Assembly: GCA_963693055.1 (NCBI GenBank) | Contig: OY843751.1 | Coordinates: 4,384,001 to 4,448,000 of the forward strand | Source of the DNA: a bacterium | Lineage (GTDB): Bacteria > Zhuqueibacterota > Zhuqueibacteria > Residuimicrobiales > Krinioviventaceae | Direction of reading: 5' to 3' | DNA length: 64,000 bases | In this document: positions 31,899-41,266 of the stretch, piece after piece | How positions within the stretch are numbered: the stretch's first letter is position 1 | How the letters are laid out: each line of letters begins with the position of its first letter | The notes under the pieces: model-generated | Seen by the model: the letters and a program-made list of their open reading frames with translations, nothing else | What the model was told of the DNA's origin: nothing | Databases searched by the model: none | Made by a program: the position numbers and the translations under genes

Positions 31899-32783
31899 AT
31901 GTCTGATCCACAATCGGTTCTGAAAGCTATGGAACCTAAACATAAATTTCTTATCGCCATTGACTCTGATGGTTGTGCTTTTGATTCAATGGAAATTAAA
32001 CACAAAGAATGTTTTATCCCCAATATCATTAAATATTGGGACCTGCAGCCAGTTTCCAAATACGCACGTGCTGCTGCTGAATTTGTCAACCTCTATTCCA
32101 AATGGAGAGGCATTAACCGTTTTCCGGCATTAACCATGACACTCGATCTTTTAAAAGATTGGCCGGATGTTCAGAAACGTAATGCAAAAATTCCTGAGGC
32201 ACAGGCCGTACGCGACTGGATTGAACGCGAAACCAAACTTGGAAATCCTGCATTGATCGCTGAAGTTGAAAAAACTCAAGACCCCGGCTTGAAACAAGCT
32301 CTGGAATGGAGTGAAGCGGTTAACAAAACAGTTACTGACATTGTGTACAATGTTCCACCATTCCCATTTGTACGTGAAAGCCTGCAAAAAGTAGCTGAAT
32401 GGGCAGATATTATTGTTTGTTCTGCTACACCTTATGAAGCTCTTGAACGTGAATGGAAAGAACATGATATTGCACAATATACACGCGTAATTGCGGGTCA
32501 GGAAATGGGCAACAAAAAAGAGATCATTCACATGGCTGCCGATGGAAAATATGATATGGACAAAGTCATTATGATTGGTGATGCACCTGGCGATATGAAG
32601 GCTGCAAAAGCAAATGAAGCCTTGTTCTTCCCAATTAAACCGGGTCATGAAGATGAGTCATGGGAGTTCTTTTTGAACGAAGCTGCTGATGTATTTAAAA
32701 ATGGTAATTACAATTCAGATTATGAAGCAAAACTTATTGCTGAATTTGAAAAATTGTTACCAGACACTCCCCCATGGAAATAA
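31899..32783 (+). CDS. HAD-family hydrolase
   Basis: IDSDGC (DxDG), K, and MIGDAPGD motifs. Confidence 0.85.
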   Translation: MSDPQSVLKAMEPKHKFLIAIDSDGCAFDSMEIKHKECFIPNIIKYWDLQPVSKYARAAAEFVNLYSKWRGINRFPALTMTLDLLKDWPDVQKRNAKIPEAQAVRDWIERETKLGNPALIAEVEKTQDPGLKQALEWSEAVNKTVTDIVYNVPPFPFVRESLQKVAEWADIIVCSATPYEALEREWKEHDIAQYTRVIAGQEMGNKKEIIHMAADGKYDMDKVIMIGDAPGDMKAAKANEALFFPIKPGHEDESWEFFLNEAADVFKNGNYNSDYEAKLIAEFEKLLPDTPPWK

Positions 32784-32795
32784 TTATTTAGATAT

Positions 32796-32835
32796 AAAAA
32801 AAAAGGGCATCCTGTTTAACAGGTTGCCCTTTTTT
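32796..32835. terminator. Bidirectional intrinsic terminator
   Basis: A-tract, GGGCATCCTGTT/AACAGGTTGCCC stem, T-tract, between convergent genes. Confidence 0.85.
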
Positions 32836-32855
32836 AATATAATATACAAATGTGT

Positions 32856-33410
32856 TTAATTAGCTGAGGTTAAGAAATCCTTGGGGATAACCTCTTTAAC
32901 ACCTAATGTTTGAATGGTTTCCGAAGTGAATTTATCTTTAAGATAATCATAATGGGTCAAATTCAAAATAATGGTTTTCTCATTAGCGTCTTCGATATAT
33001 CCCAAAAGCGCTCCAGATTGAATATAATCCATTGATGAAGTTACTATTGCGATTTGTTTTTCTTTACATTTTGATAAAATATACAACTTGTTTTTGCTGT
33101 TCTCAAAAATGTTATCATCATAAACTACCAAAACACTATTGTTGTCCATTTTTTTGGTACCATTACCAATGTCTGAAGCATCATTAATATCATAGATAAT
33201 AGCCTTGATACCAAATTGCACAGTAGCACGTGAGATTTTGTCTTTTTCTTCTGCCAGGTTATCTTTTGAAATGAAAATGTTTAATTCCTGTGCTTCCGGA
33301 AAAGCTTGCTTTACTAAATAAAACAACTGCATACTGGAAACTTTGGCAAATGAAGGCATAGCGAATACAAGAATCCCAGCAACTACTCCAATCATCTTGG
33401 CAATTTTCAT
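32856..33410 (-). CDS. Exported protein, weakly resembling periplasmic binding/YfiR-like fold
   Basis: Signal peptide (PSFA), GGAG RBS; family uncertain. Confidence 0.5.
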   Translation of the reverse strand: MKIAKMIGVVAGILVFAMPSFAKVSSMQLFYLVKQAFPEAQELNIFISKDNLAEEKDKISRATVQFGIKAIIYDINDASDIGNGTKKMDNNSVLVVYDDNIFENSKNKLYILSKCKEKQIAIVTSSMDYIQSGALLGYIEDANEKTIILNLTHYDYLKDKFTSETIQTLGVKEVIPKDFLTSAN

Positions 33411-33712
33411 AGTCTCTCCTTTTTATGGATTTGAAAAGTGAATTTATTTACTATCATTTACCATGTCTCAAGCAACTAGTATGCCATTTGAATTACAAAT
33501 ATGTCATTAATATGTAAAACATTGTCAGTATTCCATCTTACAAAAACCTGTCAAGATAAGCCTAAGCCCATTAAAAACAATAATCATAGAAACTTTCGTA
33601 TCACAACGTTCAAGGTCTTTTAATATTTATTATTAAACAAAGGAATTTGTCATTTAAATTTTGTATATTAAGTGTGACATGAAATGGTCAAGTGTGATAT
33701 AAAAGCAACAAG

Positions 33713-34522
33713 TTGTATAATTATTTTGGTTTCATGGATTTAAAAATCGTTTCTTTTGACCCGCTTCGTTCTTTCAATATTCCCAATGTCCGAACGATAA
33801 AAGCCGAAAACTGGCTCGCATCAAAAACAGAAATCCAGTCCGCAGACTGGATCATTTATCCCGAATACTGGCAAGTCAATTCACTTGTATATGGTTTTAA
33901 AAAAAGTATATTTCCAAATATTAGCAGCTTTCATTTGGGCCATAACAAAATTGAAATGACCCGAATTCTTCAGGCTGTATTCCCGGAGCATGTACCGTAT
34001 ACCTTGATTCTGCCAAATACACCATCCTCCGTTGAACAGATTTTGGATGAATTTGCCTTTCCAATAGTTGGTAAAGCAGTTAAAAGTTCCATGGGACAAG
34101 GTGTATATTTGATCAAAAACCGTAAAGATTTGAGAGCATACACCAATATGCACGAAGTGCTCTACATCCAGGAATACCTCCCCATTACCAGAGATTTAAG
34201 GGTAGTACAGGTTGGCAGCAATGCCATATCTGCTTATTGGAGAGAGGCTTCTGACGGACAGTTTCATAATAATGTTGCCCAAGGTGGCATGGTCAATTTT
34301 AACAATATTCCACCAGATGTCTTTGGTTTCGTGGAAACGGTCAGTACGGCACTGGGTATTGATCATGCTGGTTTTGATATTGCAATAGTTGATAATCATT
34401 TTTATATTCTTGAATTCAACATAAGATTTGGGACCCAGGGTTTGGCAAAACAAGGGATTCCATTACATCAACATATTTATGATTATCTTCTTGAACAGAC
34501 ATTCCAATCGGATAACAATTAG
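33713..34522 (+). CDS. RimK-like ATP-grasp ligase
   Basis: K..SSMGQGV, QEYL..RDLRV, NNVAQGG, GFD, LEFN. Confidence 0.82.
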   Translation: MYNYFGFMDLKIVSFDPLRSFNIPNVRTIKAENWLASKTEIQSADWIIYPEYWQVNSLVYGFKKSIFPNISSFHLGHNKIEMTRILQAVFPEHVPYTLILPNTPSSVEQILDEFAFPIVGKAVKSSMGQGVYLIKNRKDLRAYTNMHEVLYIQEYLPITRDLRVVQVGSNAISAYWREASDGQFHNNVAQGGMVNFNNIPPDVFGFVETVSTALGIDHAGFDIAIVDNHFYILEFNIRFGTQGLAKQGIPLHQHIYDYLLEQTFQSDNN

Positions 34523-34580
34523 CCATAATCGCAGCTCTTTTTATTTATCTCCTGTTTCCATTTGAATTGAAAGGGAAAAA

Positions 34581-35261
34581 ATGAAAAAATACATAATCTG
34601 GATATTAATATGTTTCGCCGGCAGCCTGGCTGCGCAAAATCTCCAAGTCCATTATGATTTTGGCAAAGATCGTGAATATGTAACAACTACATTAGAAATG
34701 TTTAAACCCGATGAATATGGCGCAACGTTTTTCTTTGTTGATATGGATTATGATTTTCCCGGCAACCAAAGTATGTCTATGGGATATTGGGAATTTGCCC
34801 GATATATCAACCTGCCATTTATACCCAAACTCTCTGCAACCGTTCAATACAATGATGGAGTTATGGCGATCCCGGATGATGAAGGCTCAACATTTGCAAT
34901 CCCATTGGGCCACGCGTGGCTTGCCGGCCTCACGTATCCCATTGATCTAAAATTCATAACTCTCAACACGGAACTGCTTTACCGGTATCAATGGGGATCA
35001 GACAACCCGGATATGCAGATCACATTCGTCTGGTTTAAATCTTTGTTTAATGATAAAATACATTTTACCGGCTATTGGGATATCTGGACTCAGGACGATT
35101 TTTCAGGAGAGAAACAAACCATTATTCAAACCGAGCCCCAGCTCTGGTATATTCTGGGAAAACACCTGGCAATTGGCAGCGAGGTTGAAATCAGTAAAAA
35201 CTTTTTACCTTATGATGGCTGGCAATTTATGCCGACTTGCGGATTAAAGTGGGAATTTTAA
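34581..35261 (+). CDS. DUF5020/Tsx-like outer-membrane nucleoside channel
   Basis: AQNLQVHYDFG, TTTLEMFKPD, TFFFVDMDY, EPQLWY; terminal Phe. Confidence 0.72.
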   Translation: MKKYIIWILICFAGSLAAQNLQVHYDFGKDREYVTTTLEMFKPDEYGATFFFVDMDYDFPGNQSMSMGYWEFARYINLPFIPKLSATVQYNDGVMAIPDDEGSTFAIPLGHAWLAGLTYPIDLKFITLNTELLYRYQWGSDNPDMQITFVWFKSLFNDKIHFTGYWDIWTQDDFSGEKQTIIQTEPQLWYILGKHLAIGSEVEISKNFLPYDGWQFMPTCGLKWEF

Positions 35262-36592
35262 AAAGAGGAAATGACATGCTGAGTATTTTCGATCTTGAAA
35301 AGAACGGCACCACAATTAAAACTGAGGTCATTGCAGGTATAACTTCATTTCTGGCTACGATGTATATTATCGTTGTAAATCCCGCAATGATAAGCCAAAC
35401 AGGCATGCCCTTTAGTGCGGTATTGACAGCTACCGTGCTGGTTAGCGCATTCAGCAGTATTATGATGGGTATTTATGCCAATAATCCCATTGTATTGGCT
35501 CCCGGTATGGGTATTAATGCATTTTTCACATTTTCAGTTGTGCTGGGTATGGGTATTCCATGGGAAACTGCATTGGGTGCAACCTTTTGGTCGGGTATAA
35601 TTTTTCTTCTGTTATCAATATTCAACATTCGCACCATGATTGTTAAAGCAATCCCTAAACAGATTCGCTATGCCGTTGCGGCAGGTATTGGGCTATTTAT
35701 AACAATCATTGGTTTTTTCAATGCAAAATTCATTATCGCAAATCCTGCAACTGTCATTGGTATGAACAGTATGAATGCCATAACCTGGACCTTTATTGCA
35801 GGTCTTTTTATTACTGCTTTACTGGTTGCAAAAAAAGTACATGGCGCATTGATATTTGGTATTGCCGCAACAACTTTGCTCGCCTGGCCCATTGGCAGAT
35901 TCTGGGGAGACGCTACCGAGCTGTTTGGCTCCCAAACACTGGTTGCCTGGCAGGGGATCTGGGCCGCACCTGATTTCAGCCTGCTGTTGAAAATGGATCT
36001 TTTACATTCATTACAGCTTGCCATGTTTCCTGTAATATTCGCTTTTTTGTTTACGGATATGTTTGACAGCCTTTCTACGTTTATTGGAGTGGCCGAAGCC
36101 GCAGATATTACCGATGAAAACGGTGAACCGCGCAACATCAAACAATCCCTTATTGTGGACGCGCTCTCAACTACAGTGTCCGGCATGACAGGTACCAGTG
36201 CCGGCACAAGCTATATTGAATCTGCAGCAGGTATTGAAGAAGGCGGACGCACAGGACTCACGGCTATTGTTGCGGGTCTGCTCTTCATTCCGTTCATGTT
36301 TTTCTCACCATTACTCTCTGTTGTACCATCAATTGCAACGGCACCCGCGTTGGTTCTGGTTGGGGTTTTTATGATGAACCCGGTTAAACGGATCAACTGG
36401 TCAAATTTTGATGACGCTATTCCCGCGTTTCTGGCAATGATATTAATTCCCCTTACTTACTCGATCTCACAAGGCATTATATGGGGATTTCTGAGCTGGA
36501 CCGTTCTCAAAATCGTTACGGGCAAAGCTAATCAAATTCCACCCATGCTGTATGTGATAGATATGTTTTCCATTGCGGCGCTTTTGGTGTAA
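35237..36592 (+). CDS. NCS2/AzgA-family purine permease
   Basis: TEVIAGIT.F, APGMG.NAFF, YIESAAG...GGRTGLTA. Confidence 0.92.
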   Translation: MRIKVGILKRGNDMLSIFDLEKNGTTIKTEVIAGITSFLATMYIIVVNPAMISQTGMPFSAVLTATVLVSAFSSIMMGIYANNPIVLAPGMGINAFFTFSVVLGMGIPWETALGATFWSGIIFLLLSIFNIRTMIVKAIPKQIRYAVAAGIGLFITIIGFFNAKFIIANPATVIGMNSMNAITWTFIAGLFITALLVAKKVHGALIFGIAATTLLAWPIGRFWGDATELFGSQTLVAWQGIWAAPDFSLLLKMDLLHSLQLAMFPVIFAFLFTDMFDSLSTFIGVAEAADITDENGEPRNIKQSLIVDALSTTVSGMTGTSAGTSYIESAAGIEEGGRTGLTAIVAGLLFIPFMFFSPLLSVVPSIATAPALVLVGVFMMNPVKRINWSNFDDAIPAFLAMILIPLTYSISQGIIWGFLSWTVLKIVTGKANQIPPMLYVIDMFSIAALLV

Positions 36593-36693
36593 ATCCTGTT
36601 CTAACGAGCAAAACGAAAATTTTATTGGAAGTATTTTCATTTTTTTTTGTTGCAATACAAAACAGTTAACCTGAGAATTGTAAAGGATCAAAA

Positions 36694-37122
36694 ATGTCAG
36701 AACGGTATCTGGAAGTGACGCAGGAAGCTGGAGCAGCTTTATTTAAAAGAAATATAACTGGTAAAATCGTTATGCTCAACCTGCTGCGATTTAGAGATGT
36801 AGCAGATTATTCAACGAATCCCGAGCTTGAGCCAGAATCGCCAATAACCGGTGCAGAAGCATTTCAAAAATATATCGATTATACAACACCTTATCTGGAA
36901 GAAACCGGTGGTGAACTAATTTTTCTGGGTAAAGGTGGAAGCTTTTTAATTGGTCCACAGGATGAAAAATGGGACCTGGTTATGCTGGTCCGTCAAAACT
37001 CACTTGCCGATTTCATGGCGTTCTCATCTCACAAGGAATATCTTGCAGGTTTGGGGCATCGTACTGCCGCCCTGATAGATTCAAGGCTGCTGCCTATTGT
37101 AGAGTCTGATACCGCAATATAA
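36694..37122 (+). CDS. DUF1330-family protein
   Basis: VMLNLLRFR, EKWD, HRTAAL.DSRL pattern. Confidence 0.7.
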   Translation: MSERYLEVTQEAGAALFKRNITGKIVMLNLLRFRDVADYSTNPELEPESPITGAEAFQKYIDYTTPYLEETGGELIFLGKGGSFLIGPQDEKWDLVMLVRQNSLADFMAFSSHKEYLAGLGHRTAALIDSRLLPIVESDTAI

Positions 37123-37150
37123 AATGTGTAATTAATTCAGGACATTTGTA

Positions 37151-37966
37151 ATGGATAACAAAACACAATCAGCTTTACAAAATGGAACGGTTATCTATTT
37201 TTCTCATGGCGGTGGCCCCCTCCCTATTCTGGGTGACAAAAGCCACCAAGCCATGAACACTTTTATGGAACAGTTGCCAGCTACATTTCCCGTACCCGAA
37301 GCGGTTATCGTTATCAGCGCCCATTGGGAAGAAAAAATATCCACCCTGTTAGGGCACCCCTCTCCTGAAATGTTTTATGATTATTATGGCTTTCCTCCCG
37401 ATGCGTATAAAATCCAATATCCTGCACCTGGTAATCCTGAACTGGCAGTAAAGATCAAAAAATTGCTATCGGACGCTGCTATACAAAGCAAAATTGATCC
37501 TGAACGGGGCTTTGACCATGGTTTATTCATTCCCATGAAAATGATGTACCCCAAAGCAGATATTCCCATGCTGCAGCTTTCACTCATCAGGGGTCTCAAT
37601 CCAGTCGCTCATATTGAGTTGGGTAAAGCGCTTAGACCGCTCTTGGATGAAAATATTCTGATTGTGGGATCAGGATTCTCCTTCCACAATATGCAGGCGT
37701 TTGACTGGAGTGGTTCCAATACGACGGATAGCCTGAATGACGCTTTTCAAAACTGGCTTATTGAAATATGTTCTACTCAATATGATCCTCAAATATCTTT
37801 GTCAAAAATGCAGCAATGGGAGATGGCCCCCTCTGCACGCTATTGCCATCCCCGTGAAGAGCATTTACTGCCATTACATGTCTGTTTTGGATTAGCTGAA
37901 CATGCAGCATCGGTTGTCTTTGATGATTACATTCTCGGGAAACGCGCAGTCGCATTCAAATGGTAA
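37151..37966 (+). CDS. LigB/DODA-type class III extradiol dioxygenase
   Basis: SHGGGP, SAHW, YDYYGFP, RGFDHG, HPREEHLLPL. Confidence 0.9.
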   Translation: MDNKTQSALQNGTVIYFSHGGGPLPILGDKSHQAMNTFMEQLPATFPVPEAVIVISAHWEEKISTLLGHPSPEMFYDYYGFPPDAYKIQYPAPGNPELAVKIKKLLSDAAIQSKIDPERGFDHGLFIPMKMMYPKADIPMLQLSLIRGLNPVAHIELGKALRPLLDENILIVGSGFSFHNMQAFDWSGSNTTDSLNDAFQNWLIEICSTQYDPQISLSKMQQWEMAPSARYCHPREEHLLPLHVCFGLAEHAASVVFDDYILGKRAVAFKW

Positions 37967-38202
37967 ACCTGGACAATTTTTGTCTTACCTGTACAGTTTT
38001 TGAATATCAATTATTTATAAAGAAACCCCAAAAAATTAGAAAACAAAAAAAAATCTATTTATTTCCCCCTGCCAATTCAACAAAGGACCTCAAATAATCA
38101 TCTAACATTTTGAATTAATATTTGAATTCTATCAAATTTTACAATATATTACATTTCATCAACTCGTAGAACTTTTGACATTTCATTCCACATTTTAGCG
38201 AA

Positions 38203-40164
38203 ATGTTAAACCCATCGCACCATTCGAAGGAGTGTTTTATGAAAAAAATTTCTATTTTTATCATCACTTTGGTTATGGTTACCAATCTATTTTCGGCCAC
38301 CATAAAAATCGATATGGTTCAAAAAGCTGAGCCTATATCTCCTTATATTTATGGTCAGTTTATTGAACACCTGGGTAAATGTATCTATGGCGGTATCTGG
38401 GCGGAAATGTTAATGGACCGCAAATTCTATTATCCCGTAACAGAAAAGTTCAATCCCTGGGGCACGGCTGATGATCCCTTTTGGCAAACAGGTGACTTTC
38501 AATATCTTGCAGCATCACCCTGGCAGGTTATTGGCCCCAAAGGTTCGGTAACCATGGACACTCAAAATCCCTATACAGGAGCACACACACCGGTCATCAA
38601 ACTTGCGGCCAATGGCACGTTTACCGGTATCCGGCAGGGGGGTTTGGAACTCGTCAGAGACAAACACTATACCGGCCGCATTGTTCTTTCAGGAGATGCT
38701 TCTGCCGCACCTGTTATTGTTCGATTGACATCAAAACAAAATACAATGGTGGTTGCAGAAATAACCACACTCTCTGCGGATTATCAAACCTATCCTATTG
38801 AATTCACTTCCGGTATCCGATCTCATGATATCAGCATTGAAATTGTGAGTAAAGGTAAAGGCGAATTCCGCATAGGAACGCTCTCGCTTATGCCGGCTGA
38901 CAATATCAAGGGATGGCGCAAAGACGTTGTTGCACTGTTAAAAGAACTCGATTCACCGGTCTATCGCTGGCCTGGCGGTAACTTTGTAAGTGGGTACAAC
39001 TGGCGTGACGGGATTGGAGAGCGGGATAAACGTCCGCCCCGGAAAAATCCTGCATGGAAAGGTGTAGAACACAACGATGTTGGCATTCACGAATATATGG
39101 AATTGATGCAGATCATTGATTCTGAACCTTTTGTTGCAGTAAATACCGGATTGGGTACTGTTGATGAAGTTGCCGAAGAAGTGGAATATTTCCTGGGTTC
39201 TGTTGACACTCCCATGGGGAAATTGCGTGAATCAAACGGACATCCCGAACCCTGGCATGTTGATTTTTGGGCCGTAGGGAATGAGATGTTTGGCAGCTGG
39301 CAGCTGGGGCATATGCCCCTATCCGAGTATGTAAAAAAACACAATGAAATAGCAAAAGCCATGTGGGCGGTAAATCCGGATATTCAGCTCATTGGTGTGG
39401 GCGAAGTTGGTGAATGGAGCGAAATTATGCTCAAAGAATGTGCAGACTATATGAACCTCATCAGCGAGCACATCTATTGCAAAGAGATAGATGATGTTAC
39501 TGAGCACGTTGCCCAGCTCAAGAACGACATCCTTAAAAGGGCCAACGCCCATCGCAAATACCGCAAGGAAATTAATGGCCTGGCAGATAAAGACATCCGC
39601 ATTGCAATGGATGAATGGAATTTCTGGTATGGTGACTATATTTATGGTGAGCTCGGTGTGCGCTATCATTTAAAAGATGCGCTTGGCGTAGCAATGGGAC
39701 TGCACGAGTATTTCCGCAACAGCGATCTCTATTTCATGGCTAACTATGCCCAGACCGTGAATGTGATTGGCTGCATCAAAACCACACCTACCACATCCGG
39801 ATTTGCAACCACAGGCTTGCCATTAAAACTGTATCGTAAACAGTTTGGCACCCTGCCGCTAGCTATTTCCGGTGATACAGGTGCTATGGATATTTCAGCA
39901 GCTCTGACAGAAGATTCAAGTGCGTTAACCGTTGCAGTAGTGAACCCTACGGAGAATGCTGAAAAAGTAATTTTGAATCTGGGTAACACAAAACTGACAT
40001 CCGCATGTAAATCGTGGACTATCCGTCATGATGATCCCAATGCCTACAATGTACCGGGATTCTCCCCCACCGTATCTATTCAGGAAAGCGATCAAACCCT
40101 CAAGAACAACACCCTGATCGTTCCCGGATATGCAATTGTGTTATATCGGTTCGAGTTGAAATAG
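38203..40164 (+). CDS. GH51 alpha-L-arabinofuranosidase, exported
   Basis: YGQFIEHLG, RWPGGNF, GNE, DEWN, AQTVNV; likely start MKKISIF. Confidence 0.9.
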   Translation: MLNPSHHSKECFMKKISIFIITLVMVTNLFSATIKIDMVQKAEPISPYIYGQFIEHLGKCIYGGIWAEMLMDRKFYYPVTEKFNPWGTADDPFWQTGDFQYLAASPWQVIGPKGSVTMDTQNPYTGAHTPVIKLAANGTFTGIRQGGLELVRDKHYTGRIVLSGDASAAPVIVRLTSKQNTMVVAEITTLSADYQTYPIEFTSGIRSHDISIEIVSKGKGEFRIGTLSLMPADNIKGWRKDVVALLKELDSPVYRWPGGNFVSGYNWRDGIGERDKRPPRKNPAWKGVEHNDVGIHEYMELMQIIDSEPFVAVNTGLGTVDEVAEEVEYFLGSVDTPMGKLRESNGHPEPWHVDFWAVGNEMFGSWQLGHMPLSEYVKKHNEIAKAMWAVNPDIQLIGVGEVGEWSEIMLKECADYMNLISEHIYCKEIDDVTEHVAQLKNDILKRANAHRKYRKEINGLADKDIRIAMDEWNFWYGDYIYGELGVRYHLKDALGVAMGLHEYFRNSDLYFMANYAQTVNVIGCIKTTPTTSGFATTGLPLKLYRKQFGTLPLAISGDTGAMDISAALTEDSSALTVAVVNPTENAEKVILNLGNTKLTSACKSWTIRHDDPNAYNVPGFSPTVSIQESDQTLKNNTLIVPGYAIVLYRFELK

Positions 40165-40165
40165 A

Positions 40166-40209
40166 TTTTATAGCTGACAGCTATTCGCTTCTAGCTGTCA
40201 GCTATAAAA
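40166..40209. terminator. 18-bp perfect inverted repeat after GH51 (terminator-like)
   Basis: TTTTATAGCTGACAGCTA...TAGCTGTCAGCTATAAAA between convergent genes. Confidence 0.65.
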
Positions 40210-40271
40210 CTGTTTACAATGCAGATCCCTATACCGGTGGATATTTAAATTAAATGATTAACTCAAGTAAA

Positions 40272-40703
40272 TCACTTGAAGCCGTTATCAATCATATCTT
40301 GCAAATGCTGTATTACAAGTTCATATAGCTGTTGAACATTTACATTTTCTTTTTTTTCAAATCGTTTTGAAATCATGGTAATTGCATTTATACATATAGA
40401 TGTATCTTTGTATCGCAAAGTAGAATCAGTTCCAAACTCATCTGTAATCACCCACCAATCCAATCCAGGGACATTTTTTGACAAGACCCGTCCAAAAACA
40501 ATACCCAAAGATTGCAATTCCCATTTTTGATTTGACGAGAAAAGTTGGTCATCTAGTATATGTTGGATATAAACTAAATCATTCAAAGATTGATCTAATT
40601 TAGCACCATTATAGCTCTCAGCAACTACTTGTTCTACAAAAAACCATTGTTTGGCAATTCGATGGATATCACCATCATCAAGTTGTTTAAATACGGGCTC
40701 CAT
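40272..40703 (-). CDS. DUF3806-like protein
   Basis: LQSLGIVFG, WWVITDEFG.D..L, TMISKR pattern. Confidence 0.65.
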   Translation of the reverse strand: MEPVFKQLDDGDIHRIAKQWFFVEQVVAESYNGAKLDQSLNDLVYIQHILDDQLFSSNQKWELQSLGIVFGRVLSKNVPGLDWWVITDEFGTDSTLRYKDTSICINAITMISKRFEKKENVNVQQLYELVIQHLQDMIDNGFK

Positions 40704-40727
40704 AATCCCTCAAAGTTGATTATAACC

Positions 40728-40781
40728 GATCGCGATGCAGATTCCTGCATTGTGAAATATTATAATGGGACATTTGTCCCG
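40728..40781. repeat. 54-bp twin-hairpin repeat B, copy 2
   Basis: First 23 nt match copy 1 at 22 positions; both stems and the total length are retained. Confidence 0.7.
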
Positions 40782-40841
40782 TTTTACATGCTTTTCTTCT
40801 TCCCATGATTCTAACAGCAATGGCCTATGGTTTACTAAAAA

Positions 40842-41225
40842 TCACCCGAGTTTTCGAACAATCCACCCCGCTACAAACACCTCTAAAAGGCTCAAAGGGA
40901 TTGCAAAAGCCAAAAGCCCATAAGGCAAGACATTCAGATTGCCAATAACAACCCACATGAGCACAAATCCCGCAAACCACACAAGCAGACAGGTTTGCAC
41001 ATAACTGAATTTCTTTGCAAGAATATAGATCAATACTGCCAGCAGCAACGACCATAACCCCCAAACCGCACCATTGGCCGGAGCGGATGGAAAAACAATC
41101 CCCAATTTTTCGTAATGCTCAACCCAATAGGATTTAAACAGCAGCTCATTGCGCACAAACTCGGATACAGTGATCCAGAGAAATGCCAGAAACACCGGCA
41201 ATATTGTTAATTTAAATATTTTCAT
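40842..41225 (-). CDS. Four-TM hypothetical membrane protein
   Basis: Hydrophobic helices, AGGAG RBS. Confidence 0.7.
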   Translation of the reverse strand: MKIFKLTILPVFLAFLWITVSEFVRNELLFKSYWVEHYEKLGIVFPSAPANGAVWGLWSLLLAVLIYILAKKFSYVQTCLLVWFAGFVLMWVVIGNLNVLPYGLLAFAIPLSLLEVFVAGWIVRKLG

Positions 41226-41266
41226 TTCAACTCCTACTCATTTTCGATCATATAATCAAAAACCTG

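Noticed and set aside
34500-34581. Purine riboswitch upstream of the Tsx-like/NCS2 genes
   Set aside because: The gap is too short and lacks the aptamer consensus.
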